NCBI GenBank assembly: GCA_964016885.1
Contig: OZ024741.1
Span: 117,056,001-117,120,000, forward strand
Source of the DNA: Eledone cirrhosa
Lineage: Eukaryota
Reading direction: 5' to 3'
Length of the DNA: 64,000 bases
Within the stretch, counting starts at the first letter, position 1. The number at the start of each line of letters is the position of its first letter. The notes below the pieces were generated by a model that was given only the letters and a program-made list of their open reading frames with translations, was not told where the DNA came from and did no database searches. The position numbers and the translations under genes are program-made. Below, piece by piece: positions 63,940-64,000 of this stretch.

Positions 63940-64000
63940 TTAGAAACACACAGATACATGCGGACACACACATATACATGAATGCATCCACATCCAACTG

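Overview
AT-rich, microsatellite-dense eukaryotic (animal) DNA with no recognisable host gene. The SINE types and (TA)n density are most consistent with a coleoid cephalopod such as Octopus, which is an inference. Main contents: (1) a head-to-tail pair of near-intact ~5.7 kb Tx1-clade LINEs at 37216-48633 inside a (TATC)n tract; (2) a decayed Penelope-like element (RT + GIY-YIG) at ~10338-14390 on the minus strand; (3) many tRNA-derived SINEs, RTE/CR1/R4 LINE fragments, hAT and Tc1-like MITEs and a non-autonomous Helitron; (4) large satellites at 22.3-25.1 kb and 31.8-36.7 kb. The most striking pattern lies in the short unique-looking islands between (TA)n tracts. They are non-coding, often palindromic mini-elements from about ten unrelated sequence families. 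They carry type I hammerhead ribozyme folds (about 15-18 motifs read by eye, including core variants) and share a TTGAGTRCT-like terminal motif. Several palindromes fold back exactly at the ribozyme helix II. All structures were read by eye and coordinates of decayed repeats are approximate.
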